Source: Verrucomicrobia bacterium SCGC AAA164-E04 (lineage in GTDB: Bacteria; Verrucomicrobiota; Verrucomicrobiia; Limisphaerales; AAA164-E04). From it: 64,000 nt of DNA. The position numbers and the translations under genes were made by a program. The notes below the pieces were generated by a model. The model ran no database searches and was not told where the DNA came from. It saw only the letters and a list, made by a program, of their open reading frames with translations. The stretch spans positions 27,132 through 91,131 of the forward strand of contig KB911862.1 in assembly GCA_000383715.1 (NCBI GenBank). The letters run 5' to 3'. Position 1 is the stretch's first letter, and each line of letters begins with the position of its first letter. Below, piece after piece: positions 43,497 to 53,060 of this stretch.

Positions 43497-44117
43497 CTAC
43501 TGAGCTCGCAGAGTCAGTCTATAAAAACGATTTCCATTTTTTTTTTGGATTTCAAGGGATAAATCTTGCGGCCATTCATACTCCAAAGGTTGCGGCGTGG
43601 ACAGTGTCGCTTCGCTCCAATGGTTCAAATCGGAAGATTCTTCCACAATCAAGTCTGGCACTTGAAAGAGGGGGCGGTAAGCCAAATCATCGAATGTCAG
43701 ACGATGGGTCACAGGATCGTATTTGCCGGCAATGGGTAAGAGGTATCCAAAGATGGATGCCTCCATTTCATGGGTTTTTAATGTGGTGTAATTTCCCAAA
43801 AATACCATGTCGGTTTGCAGCCATTCCAGTATCCCTTTTTCTTTGAACCAGATTTGATATGGCATTGCCGGAGAACCCGGCCAGGGTTGAGGAAAGGTAT
43901 CGAGAGATTCATATCTCGTATGCTCCCATCGAAATGCTTGGTGCAGGTCTACGACGACATCGATGTTTTTTTCCCCGATGATGAGATCGACGATTTCAGG
44001 CCGTGCATTTGTTTCACTTTCATTGGCAAGACCTACCTGCATGACTAATGCAGAAAATAGCCATGTGAGGAAGAGTTGAGTCGTTTTAAGGTGCAATGGT
44101 GCTTTTTCTGGTTGCAT
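43497..44117 (-). CDS. Hypothetical secreted protein with a C-terminal F(Y/F)R tail
   Basis: 206 aa with a signal peptide. The C-terminus is ...SSDLNHWSEATLS...NGNRFYRLTLRAQ. Confidence 0.6.
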   Translation of the reverse strand: MQPEKAPLHLKTTQLFLTWLFSALVMQVGLANESETNARPEIVDLIIGEKNIDVVVDLHQAFRWEHTRYESLDTFPQPWPGSPAMPYQIWFKEKGILEWLQTDMVFLGNYTTLKTHEMEASIFGYLLPIAGKYDPVTHRLTFDDLAYRPLFQVPDLIVEESSDLNHWSEATLSTPQPLEYEWPQDLSLEIQKKNGNRFYRLTLRAQ

Positions 44118-44456
44118 ATGAATGATCGGAAACTTGTATGTTCAACCCTGGTTGCAGCGGGTTCATATTCAATCTACAATATCGAGTCAGTATGTATAGA
44201 GCCAGACATTTACCCTTGGTCAGGCTCAAATCAATAGGAAAACCAAAATCATTCATATCACCTATGAGCTGTTGTTATTCGTCACTCGCATGATCTGTGC
44301 TACACGCGGCATTCATGCGGCTTCTGATCATTTTCGGAAGAATCATGACTGAAGAAGGACTGAATAAGGCACCGTAAGTGTTAAATATCGCACTGATCAG
44401 TTCCCCTTTATCTATGGAGCTTGTCACGCATCACGAGGACAGAGTTTATGATTTGG

Positions 44457-46925
44457 TTAGCGAGATGGTACAAGGTGAGTGGGTTTTCCGATCGTACGGA
44501 TTTCTAATTTGAGGGCGGGTTCATTGCCCTCAAAACGATAACCCAGATTAATGGATTGAGGGCCTTGTGCGATTTTCATGATCTCGCTGTTGACGGCTCT
44601 TTTGTCCAGCATGTGCCAGGATGCATCGTAGGTGATGATTTCTAATCCACCGTCATACTTGAGGATCTCTCCGGGTTTCAAGGAGCTTCGCAGGTCCAGG
44701 GTGGTGGATGAGTTGATTTCGAGGGTGACGTCAATAGCCTGGGATTTTCCCGTGGATTGGATGATGAATTGGAGGGCTTGTTCCGGGTGTGGATTGACAA
44801 AATCATAGCTTGAAAATGCGATCATTCCTGGTTGTTCGTTGTGTTGATGAGATTGCTTGAAGGAGAATACTGGATAAAGTTGCCAGGTGCCGTCTTCGGT
44901 TGCCTCTAGTTCAAACTCTTTTTCGATTTGCTGTAGCTCGGGTTTCAGCGCTTTGGTAAAAGCGCCTCGCAAACGGGCCGTTTCCCACTGGCGAATCTTT
45001 TCAACGATCTGAATGCCCAATCCATTTTGCTGAACCGTTTTTGGGCTGGTGGCAAGCGCAAACCCCGCATCAAATCCAGCGGCACGGGCCAGTAGCCATT
45101 CTGCATCTTCCACACTGGTTTTTGCGTTCATCTGGAACCAGCCCAGCATGCGCGGCATGAGGTTGCGGCTGTAATAAGCCTGGTTTTTCAAGCGATAAAG
45201 CGTTTGGCTTTCCCTGAAGCCCGCATACCATGGTTCACCCCAGTTCATGCGGGTGTAAATATGCCAGTTGAAATGTCCCGGGTTGCTGGCGTCGTTGATG
45301 ACCGACCCCCGGAGTGCAGGTTCGAGATGGTCGAACCACTCTTTGGTGAAGAGCGTCCTGCCGTATTGCCCCATCCCGGTGGACCAATTGCCCTCCAGTC
45401 CGTCAAAGGAAATCTGAGCAAGCTTGGTTTGATTGAACAAGTCGGCGATATTCCGAGCGATTTCGAGCGATAGCTCCGTATTGCTCAAGAAGACGCGGTA
45501 TCCATGGTCCATCAGTTTTGCCACCTTTTCTGAACGTGCGTGACCTGCAGCAGTGGTTCCCCATGCACCTCGCTGGCACCCTGTCAAAAACCAGGGAGCT
45601 TCCGCACTCACTGCCTGGTAAAGGATCAACTCCTCACCAATCCGCACGGTGTTCATTGTGGTTTTCTTTTGAAAGAAGCCGGGGTTTTCTATGGGGATTT
45701 GATCTTGTGCTGCGTCAATTGAAGCCTTCAACACAGAGGCGCCAATTGCTGCCAGACGCGGGTCTGGGCGAGGTGCCACGTAAGGGTCATTGGGTTTGAT
45801 GAAATTAGACAGAGTGTGAACGCCCAGGCGCACTCCTGATGCCTTCGCCTTTGTGACACACCGTTGCATGCTGCGCCAGTTATCTGGAAATTGATTCGGA
45901 TTGAGTCTGAAGTGTCCCCATGTCTGAAACGGGCCACCGTGATAAAGGTAACGCAGTCCGGCGCTTTTGGTCAGTTTGATGACCTCGTCGATGTCTTTCT
46001 CGCCAAAGGACACGATCAGGTAGGAGGCAGTTGCATCTGGTGAGATCTTCGCCCAGACATCGTCGATTTCTGGATGTGGCAGGTTTTCCTGTTCTTCAAT
46101 CATCCCGATGGTTTGCAATGCCTGGTCGGCAGGGCATCCGAAAAGTGCAATTCGACTCCCAACCAGACCTCCATCCTCGAAGGGGGGAGCAATGTATTGG
46201 GGATGTCCCCAGTTGGTGATGGTTCTTTGTTCACTCCGATCGCGGCAATAAGCCTGGATCACACTGCCGTATTCCTTGTGCTCAGCCGTGTTGCCGCGAT
46301 ACAGCTGCTGGTCTTTGAACTTGAGCGCAATATCTGAATAATCCGATCCGTCGAAGATGTTGTACATCGGCATGACATCGTCTTCTTTTACAGGGAATCC
46401 ACCCAGGGTTTTGGCGTTGAGTGATTGAATGCCTATGGCATATTGCTGATCCCGCACGACTCCCACCGTTTCACCGACGATGGCCTTGATGGTGGTGGGG
46501 TATGGGCCCCATACCGCGAGGTCGGTTTTTCCTGTCGGTTCTACGGAGCGTAATTCAAAAGAGACATGACTATTGTGAGCAGTGTAAGCCACCACTGCCT
46601 TGATGTTGGTATCATCAAAAAATAGATGCATTTCTGAATCGGATGCGTGCCAATCCATCCGACTGGGTGAATGGAAGGATCCATCGACGCGAAGGCTGAG
46701 AACAGGGGCCTCTACGTCATTCGGCAAGTAGTTGATTCCGTCCGGCAATGATGTCAGTGAATACAGATGTCCAGCTTTGATTTGAACCTGCATGGAGTCG
46801 GTCTTCAGCACTTCGGCAGAAAGGGTGATGAAGACAGATGCCGAGATACATTTCCATGCCAGAAGGAATATCAGGATGTTCCTTCCTTGCACACCTAGTT
46901 GAGCGAGATTTGAGAATTTGATCAC
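44457..46925 (-). CDS. Large conserved-looking hypothetical protein (possibly a TIM-barrel glycoside-hydrolase-like fold; unassigned)
   Basis: 822-aa uninterrupted ORF with an N-terminal hydrophobic segment. I could not name a diagnostic motif. Confidence 0.65.
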   Translation of the reverse strand: MIKFSNLAQLGVQGRNILIFLLAWKCISASVFITLSAEVLKTDSMQVQIKAGHLYSLTSLPDGINYLPNDVEAPVLSLRVDGSFHSPSRMDWHASDSEMHLFFDDTNIKAVVAYTAHNSHVSFELRSVEPTGKTDLAVWGPYPTTIKAIVGETVGVVRDQQYAIGIQSLNAKTLGGFPVKEDDVMPMYNIFDGSDYSDIALKFKDQQLYRGNTAEHKEYGSVIQAYCRDRSEQRTITNWGHPQYIAPPFEDGGLVGSRIALFGCPADQALQTIGMIEEQENLPHPEIDDVWAKISPDATASYLIVSFGEKDIDEVIKLTKSAGLRYLYHGGPFQTWGHFRLNPNQFPDNWRSMQRCVTKAKASGVRLGVHTLSNFIKPNDPYVAPRPDPRLAAIGASVLKASIDAAQDQIPIENPGFFQKKTTMNTVRIGEELILYQAVSAEAPWFLTGCQRGAWGTTAAGHARSEKVAKLMDHGYRVFLSNTELSLEIARNIADLFNQTKLAQISFDGLEGNWSTGMGQYGRTLFTKEWFDHLEPALRGSVINDASNPGHFNWHIYTRMNWGEPWYAGFRESQTLYRLKNQAYYSRNLMPRMLGWFQMNAKTSVEDAEWLLARAAGFDAGFALATSPKTVQQNGLGIQIVEKIRQWETARLRGAFTKALKPELQQIEKEFELEATEDGTWQLYPVFSFKQSHQHNEQPGMIAFSSYDFVNPHPEQALQFIIQSTGKSQAIDVTLEINSSTTLDLRSSLKPGEILKYDGGLEIITYDASWHMLDKRAVNSEIMKIAQGPQSINLGYRFEGNEPALKLEIRTIGKPTHLVPSR

Positions 46926-47322
46926 TTCAACGAGGTTGCGGACAGCTGTTTAATTGTCAAGTCCCTGACCGCTGTAAATGAATGTAAATATCAAAATACG
47001 ATTCGAACATGTGGCTTGATGAAGCCCAGCGCAGAAACCTTTTTAGCCTCGCTGCCGAGGAGTTAAATGATCACCAGGCTCGGGTTAAGAATCCGGGTAG
47101 CATCCTCTCATGTTGAGATGAAACATTTCCTGATGGCATTGACCAAGCAATTTGATGCTGATTGAAAACCTCAGGTTCTCTCACGCTATGTTTCCTCATT
47201 TTTCGGCTGAAGAGGGAATCTCTATTCTTCGTATCTGTCCATGGGCACCTCCGATGGCTGCGGTTTGATCCTGAGGGTCTATGGCAATCGCATAAGCCCA
47301 TCCATCGATGGCGCGTAGATTA

Positions 47323-47760
47323 TCAGTGACGACGACTTGAAGCGGAGTTACTGACAGGCTCATGGAATTCTTCTTTTGTCGTCAATATACCATGAAGATC
47401 GGCTGTGTGCAGATACTTCAAACGTGCCCCTTCACCCGGTTCCAATTGCCGGGACAATTGCTCTGTTTCTTCCTTCGTGGCAATACCGTCCAAATAACGA
47501 TGCACCAGATCTTCCCAATCTCTTTCCCTCATACAATCCCTCCCCCGGCCAGTGGTTCGTCGCAGACGAAGCTCAATGCATGACTGGAGCCCTTGTCGAA
47601 TTCGCTGGATCAATTTGTAGATAGCTTCGATTGAACGGTCACTGAATTGAGATAAATCTCTGACTGAACGCTCCTTGTAACAGTACGCGCGAATCAGTTT
47701 TTGAAAACAGGTTGACGATTCAATATCCCTGTTCGAGAGACACTCTTATGTAATGAGATT
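47323..47760 (-). pseudogene. Relic of an ECF sigma factor / anti-sigma pair, fused in one frame and truncated at both ends
   Basis: The open frame from the stop at 47761-47763 reads ...LIRAYCYKERSVRDLSQFSDRSIEAIYKLIQRIRQGLQSCIE (sigma-70 region 4 only). It runs directly into MRERDWEDLVHRYLDGIATKEETEQLSRQL (anti-sigma N-terminal domain) and stops after about 60 aa. There is no region 2, no TM segment and no FecR domain. Confidence 0.5.
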
Positions 47761-47948
47761 ATTCCATACCTGCTTAAGCCCCAACTGGGCTCTTATCAAA
47801 TTATACTTGAAAAGATTTATATTTTAGTTAAAGTTTTATTTGACAAATCCGATAAAGGTGAGTGTGAGGTGCTGCAAAAAATAATCTAGGTAGGTATGCA
47901 CTTATTTGGCTCAAACTTTTGGAGTAATTCGGATTTACAATAAGATTT

Positions 47949-49031
47949 ATGTATTTCAACAAACCAGATCAGAAAAAACGACGCATTCAATCGCCATTTA
48001 TCCTGCGATTGCGTTTATTGCTTGCTGTGGGGACAATTTGCATTTCATTGAACGCCAGGAGTGCAACACCTGACCTCCTGCAACTGTCTCCTGTTGAAAA
48101 CTTCCGCTACAGCGTCGATCTCAGCACTCGCTTCCTTCACGATTCGTTTCCCAATAAGAGCGGTTTTCAAAATGCAGTGGGTTTTGATGCCTACACCAAG
48201 ATTACAAGTGCCGAGCGGGATTGGGCTACTATCGTGATTCAGCTGTACGGAATGAGGCTCGACGGTCATCCGCGGCCGGCTCCTTTCTTTGAGGGTGAGG
48301 ACGATTGGGAATTGATGCCTCGCATCAACACGATGAATATTCACCTCCTTCCTGACCGCAGCCTGAATCTCAAAATCGGACACTACGAAATCCCTTATGG
48401 TCTTGAAGTTCCCATCAATTCCAATGGAACTATCCGTCAGCTCAATCACGGCCCTAACTTGGGTGTGAAGGTCGACTACGGCGTGGGGCTCAACGGGACA
48501 CTAGAGCACTTTCAATATGATTTCGGTATTAGCCGAGGTGCTGGTGTTGAATTTGACCTCGACACCGATGCCTACATTTTTGCAGGTAGAATAGGAACCG
48601 TCACCGATCGCGAATCTTTTTATGGAATCAACTCAGTAGGCCTATCTGTTTTTCACATGGAATCGGATAAAGCTGGAAGCAACACGCTTCGCAGGCAAAG
48701 GGTTGGATTGGATGGCCAATATTACATGGGCCCTTTTGGTGCCATGGGTGAATTCTCTGTTGGTCATGATTCCGATCGTTTCCTCGTGAACTCCCTTGCG
48801 GAATTGAATGTTGTTAACAGGAAGGAGACCTTGCTTTTCTACCTGCAGTACCGGCATCGAAGCATTGACCGCCCGGCTGCTTGGGACCGATTCGCCAATA
48901 TCGGGGCAGGTGTCAGGTGGGCTCCTGACAACCACTGGGCACTGAGTGCTCAGATTGATCGGACGGTTGAGCACTTCGGATCTCTACCCGAATCCACTTT
49001 GGCCCAACTGCAACTTCGCTACAGGTTTTAA
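47949..49031 (+). CDS. Putative outer-membrane beta-barrel protein (porin-like)
   Basis: 360 aa with a signal-like N-terminus. It shows an alternating amphipathic beta-strand pattern and a terminal aromatic residue (...AQLQLRYRF). Confidence 0.55.
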   Translation: MYFNKPDQKKRRIQSPFILRLRLLLAVGTICISLNARSATPDLLQLSPVENFRYSVDLSTRFLHDSFPNKSGFQNAVGFDAYTKITSAERDWATIVIQLYGMRLDGHPRPAPFFEGEDDWELMPRINTMNIHLLPDRSLNLKIGHYEIPYGLEVPINSNGTIRQLNHGPNLGVKVDYGVGLNGTLEHFQYDFGISRGAGVEFDLDTDAYIFAGRIGTVTDRESFYGINSVGLSVFHMESDKAGSNTLRRQRVGLDGQYYMGPFGAMGEFSVGHDSDRFLVNSLAELNVVNRKETLLFYLQYRHRSIDRPAAWDRFANIGAGVRWAPDNHWALSAQIDRTVEHFGSLPESTLAQLQLRYRF

Positions 49032-49050
49032 ATCTCATACACAGCATATC

Positions 49051-49662
49051 ATGAAAAGATCTCTATTCATCCTCCTCACAGCCTTGGTATTTATGGCTCC
49101 TGCCGAGCAATCCTGTGGACAGGCTTTTTGTGCTTTGCGAGATCCGAATAGGATCATAGGTGAACTCTTTCCCGATTTTAGTCAGTTCAAGTCGATCACT
49201 GCAATAATCGGGAAGCCAGAGGTTGAGGCCATCGAAAAAGCCACAGGCCTCAAATGCGATCCGCGTGAATTTGGGAGTCATCGTCTCTATGCTGTTTTCA
49301 ACGAGGGTGGGCTGGAAGGATTTGTTCAATCCAGAAGCGAAATCGTGGATTGGGGAATCGCTGAAATCATCATTGCGACGGATACAAAAAGCAATTTGAA
49401 AGGATTCCGGTTTCAGCGCTGCCGCAGCCGGTACCGTGAAGCGGCTGAAGCGGATATTGTGCAAGAGTTTCTAAAACGACTGAGCTCGGACGAACTGATA
49501 TCCATGGCAAGGGACGAAAAATTCAGAGAAGCCATCATAGAGCAAGCCAGTCTTTCGAAAAAAGTCGACCCGCTCTTGAAGGGAATCCTATCCGGCGTCG
49601 CTAAAATGCAGGCGCTTATGCAAGTAGTCTGGGATGATGAAATTGCGGCTCTAGGCAATTGA
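49051..49662 (+). CDS. Hypothetical secreted/periplasmic protein
   Basis: The ORF track opens at 48946. ATG 49051 gives the signal peptide MKRSLFILLTALVFMAPA. It lies between the barrel gene and the sensor kinase gene, with gaps of 19 and 29 nt. Confidence 0.6.
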   Translation: MKRSLFILLTALVFMAPAEQSCGQAFCALRDPNRIIGELFPDFSQFKSITAIIGKPEVEAIEKATGLKCDPREFGSHRLYAVFNEGGLEGFVQSRSEIVDWGIAEIIIATDTKSNLKGFRFQRCRSRYREAAEADIVQEFLKRLSSDELISMARDEKFREAIIEQASLSKKVDPLLKGILSGVAKMQALMQVVWDDEIAALGN

Positions 49663-49691
49663 ATTGATCATTGATTTAAGCAAATGCTTCC

Positions 49692-52088
49692 ATGTCGATT
49701 CGAGCATACATATTGACTCTAGTGCTTTGGATCGTTGCCGGTGGTGTTATCCTCAACATTCTCCAAAACAAACTGAATCAGACGCAGCTTTTTGCAGAAC
49801 GCAAAACCTATGAGTCCCTGGAATGGATAGCCGAATTCGAATCTGTCGGTCACTCCATGAATACGATATTCACGCTTGCGGATTTGTATTTTGGTTCTTC
49901 GAACGTTTACATATTGCCAGGGCTTATCAATCGTCATAAACAGTTCAAGGAATCCGCTTCGCGCATGATACCGCCCCCGGAAGAAGCTTTTCATGATCGA
50001 TTTACTGTTTATGTCAAAAGCATCGATAAACTCGGAGAGATCCTTGCAAGATCAGGCACTGCTGAAAAAATGGCGGATGCTCTTGATGAATTCGATCTCA
50101 TCAGTGCCGAGATGATCGAACATTTCGATTGGATCAAGGATCAAGCCAAAAGCAGCCTTAAATCTGCAGAGATTGCTCAAATAAATGCTTCCTACCGAAA
50201 AGTAAGTTATAACACGGTTGCCATTTCAGTCTTTCTGCTTACTTCTGTCGCGATTTTTACATGGGCACAGCGTCGCCTGTCGAGTCCCGTTCGGCAGATG
50301 GCGATCGCAGCCGGAAACTCCATCAATCGAAATGAACCTTTCACTTCACCAGCGACTTCGGTCAAAGAGCTGAATAGTTTATCCTCCTCCATCACGACGC
50401 TGGTTCATAGTCTGGAGGATCTGGTTCACAAACGTACTGCCAGCCTTGAGGAGCGTACTCACGAACTCATATCTGCACGCGATCTCGCGGATGCTGCCAA
50501 TGCGGCCAAGAGCGAGTTTCTAGCGACCATGAGTCACGAAATACGAACTCCGATGAACGGTATCATCGGTATGAGTGAGCTACTTCATGATTCAGGTTTA
50601 AATACAGAGCAGCGCAAGTATGTCGAGACCGTTTCGCAATCAGCCCAAATACTGATGTCCATCATTAACGAGATACTTGATTTCTCCAAGATTGAGGCTG
50701 GCAAGATGGAGCTTGAAGTGGTTCACTTTGATCTGAAAAAAGTGTTGGAGGAAGCGGTTGATGTTCTGGGACATCAGGCCTCAGAGAAAGGAATCGAATT
50801 GTCGCTCTATACTTCTCTGAACTCACCATCCCACATGATGGGTGACCCCAACCGACTCCGCCAAATCTTTCTTAACCTGCTCGGTAACGCGATCAAATTT
50901 ACTCGCAAAGGAGAGGTTTCGATTCGAGTAAACGCAACACTGACCTCAGAAAAAGGGGTGTATCGTTATAAGATAGCGGTAAGGGACGATGGAATTGGTG
51001 TTACCCGTCAAAATCAGGATAAGCTTTTCAAATCTTTCAGCCAAATAGATGGTTCGACGACAAGAAAATACGGAGGCACGGGACTAGGGCTCGCTATTTC
51101 TCAACGGCTCGCCAACATGATGGGCGGGCAAATCAGCGTGCGGAGTCAGCCAGGCAAAGGATCTTTGTTTTTGTTGGATATACCTTTGTCAATTGACCTC
51201 AAATCTTCGAGAGTCCCCTTTTCACGCCCAAGATTCTTTCATAAAAATTTTCTTATCATGCACGGGCATTCCCGCTCAAGTCATGCCCTGGAGCGATCGT
51301 TGCGCAAGGAGGGTTGCGTCATCATGTCGCCTATTTCCGCCGGTAGCTGGAATGACATGGTAAACGGTCTTCCGAGCAAGATCGAATCCTTCGATCTTGC
51401 CATCGTGGACCTCGACCTTCCTCATCACCAGGCAGTCAGATTCATTGACCACATAAGTAATTTAAGTGGGGGGAGCCGGATTCCCATTGTGGGCCTTACC
51501 TCCAGCGAAGGCCTTCTTCCCAAGGAACTCGTGTTGAAGCTAAGAAAAATCCTGATCAAGCCTATCACTACTCTGCGCTTGACACGTTTTATCAGCAGTA
51601 TATTCACACCTTCACCGGCCAGTGCCAAGGAATCTCCAGCCAAAGGTGCAGCCCGGCTTGCGCGTGCCCCATTCTCGTCTTCATTCGTCAAAAAGGCGAA
51701 CGGAATTCTTCTCGTTGAAGACAATGATGTTAATATCATGATATCCAAGATGTATCTTAAAAAGCTTGGTTATGAAGCAGATATTGTAAAAAGCGGGATG
51801 GATGCCATTCGTGCCTGGAATCAAAAACACTATGACCTGATCCTCATGGATTGCCAAATGCCGGGTATGAGCGGTTACAGTGTCACAGCCGAGATCCGCC
51901 GTCTTGAATCAGAAAACCCTGCATTACCCAGAACACCCATTATCGCTGTCACTGCAAACGCGATGGAGGGGGATCGAGAGAGGTGTCTGGCTGTAGGCAT
52001 GACCGATTACATCAGCAAGCCGCTGGAAATAAGTGAATTGACCTCGGTGATCAGTGCCCATTTGAATCCAAATGGTTCAAATTCATAG
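49692..52088 (+). CDS. Hybrid sensor histidine kinase/response regulator
   Basis: 798 aa. Two TM helices flank a ~150-aa extracytoplasmic segment. His[20 protein letters not shown]. HATPase blocks [16 protein letters not shown] and [10 protein letters not shown] degenerate receiver-like segment (FLIMHGH...IVDLDLP) is followed by a canonical receiver ([10 protein letters not shown]...[13 protein letters not shown]...AVTANA...KP). Confidence 0.9.
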   Translation: MSIRAYILTLVLWIVAGGVILNILQNKLNQTQLFAERKTYESLEWIAEFESVGHSMNTIFTLADLYFGSSNVYILPGLINRHKQFKESASRMIPPPEEAFHDRFTVYVKSIDKLGEILARSGTAEKMADALDEFDLISAEMIEHFDWIKDQAKSSLKSAEIAQINASYRKVSYNTVAISVFLLTSVAIFTWAQRRLSSPVRQMAIAAGNSINRNEPFTSPATSVKELNSLSSSITTLVHSLEDLVHKRTASLEERTHELISARDLADAANAAKSEFLATMSHEIRTPMNGIIGMSELLHDSGLNTEQRKYVETVSQSAQILMSIINEILDFSKIEAGKMELEVVHFDLKKVLEEAVDVLGHQASEKGIELSLYTSLNSPSHMMGDPNRLRQIFLNLLGNAIKFTRKGEVSIRVNATLTSEKGVYRYKIAVRDDGIGVTRQNQDKLFKSFSQIDGSTTRKYGGTGLGLAISQRLANMMGGQISVRSQPGKGSLFLLDIPLSIDLKSSRVPFSRPRFFHKNFLIMHGHSRSSHALERSLRKEGCVIMSPISAGSWNDMVNGLPSKIESFDLAIVDLDLPHHQAVRFIDHISNLSGGSRIPIVGLTSSEGLLPKELVLKLRKILIKPITTLRLTRFISSIFTPSPASAKESPAKGAARLARAPFSSSFVKKANGILLVEDNDVNIMISKMYLKKLGYEADIVKSGMDAIRAWNQKHYDLILMDCQMPGMSGYSVTAEIRRLESENPALPRTPIIAVTANAMEGDRERCLAVGMTDYISKPLEISELTSVISAHLNPNGSNS

Positions 52089-52639
52089 TCATTAGAGTAA
52101 GGGCTCAATCTGGTATACCCATTGTTCTTAAGCTCGAAGTTAATGATTCAGATCTGCTTTGATTGCAGAAAAATCCTACTATTCATTTCCTGTATAACTC
52201 AGCTTCGACTCCAATTGTCCTCTCACCCATCGGATGACAAAAAAGAAAAATTCTTCGGTGGTGAAAGCTTTCATGACCCCATTCACAATTGGCAATCAAA
52301 GCTTGGAGAGATTGGATTCAATGGACGATCGAAAGTGGAAAAGGTAGTCGGATTCAGTTCCTTTTAACGTTTGAATTTGGGGTTGAGTATCTTGTTTTTG
52401 CAGGTCTGTAAAACCTTCTCTCAACCTGCTAGATGCTACTTTAAACCTACAATTTGCTGAGCGTTTCAACGGTGAATTCTGATAAGTATCCGCGTTTTGG
52501 ATTTATACAAAATAATTCATTTTGACAAAAAGATTGAATGATCGGTAGCTTCTCGACACGAACCTTTAAAAAAGAGTCTTAACTTTTTAAGCTCACATGC
52601 TTTCATCTGGACCAAGGACTAAAAGAGGTTTTCAGCTCC

Positions 52640-53041
52640 ATGATAGGGAAGGACACACCGAAACTGATGCCTAGTTTTGCAGTAAAGATGCGGATCCAAG
52701 AAGTCTTCTCTGCGGTTGTTGAATTGATGGGGAAGAAACACGCCGTGACGACTTTCAGCGTGGATTGGAATTCGCACACCTCTCTATCCAAGCGTCGTCA
52801 TCTGGAGCCTGTCCAACAGTATTTCCTCTCCCCACATATCGAGAACCACTTGGAAATGCCAGGTGATGTGGCATGGGGATTTGTTGATGAAGGTAAATTC
52901 CGTAAGTTCGATATCCACATCGCATGCAGGCATCTTTTACAAGCCATCACCAGTATCGCCTGCGGCAAAAGAAAAACACAAGGGGACACGGATTTCATCG
53001 CGGAGCAAACCATGAAATTCAATATATTGAAGCTATTGTAA
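52640..53041 (+). CDS. Hypothetical protein (weakly supported)
   Basis: 133-aa ORF ending 19 nt before the next large gene. No recognisable motifs. Confidence 0.3.
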   Translation: MIGKDTPKLMPSFAVKMRIQEVFSAVVELMGKKHAVTTFSVDWNSHTSLSKRRHLEPVQQYFLSPHIENHLEMPGDVAWGFVDEGKFRKFDIHIACRHLLQAITSIACGKRKTQGDTDFIAEQTMKFNILKLL

Positions 53042-53060
53042 GACTCATAACCGTTACCCT

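Noticed and set aside
47071-47301. 76-aa minus-strand ORF downstream of the sigma/anti-sigma relic
   Set aside because: It has no recognisable domain. Neighbouring frames show only fragmentary similarity-like stretches, so I treat it as part of the decayed region and not as a gene.
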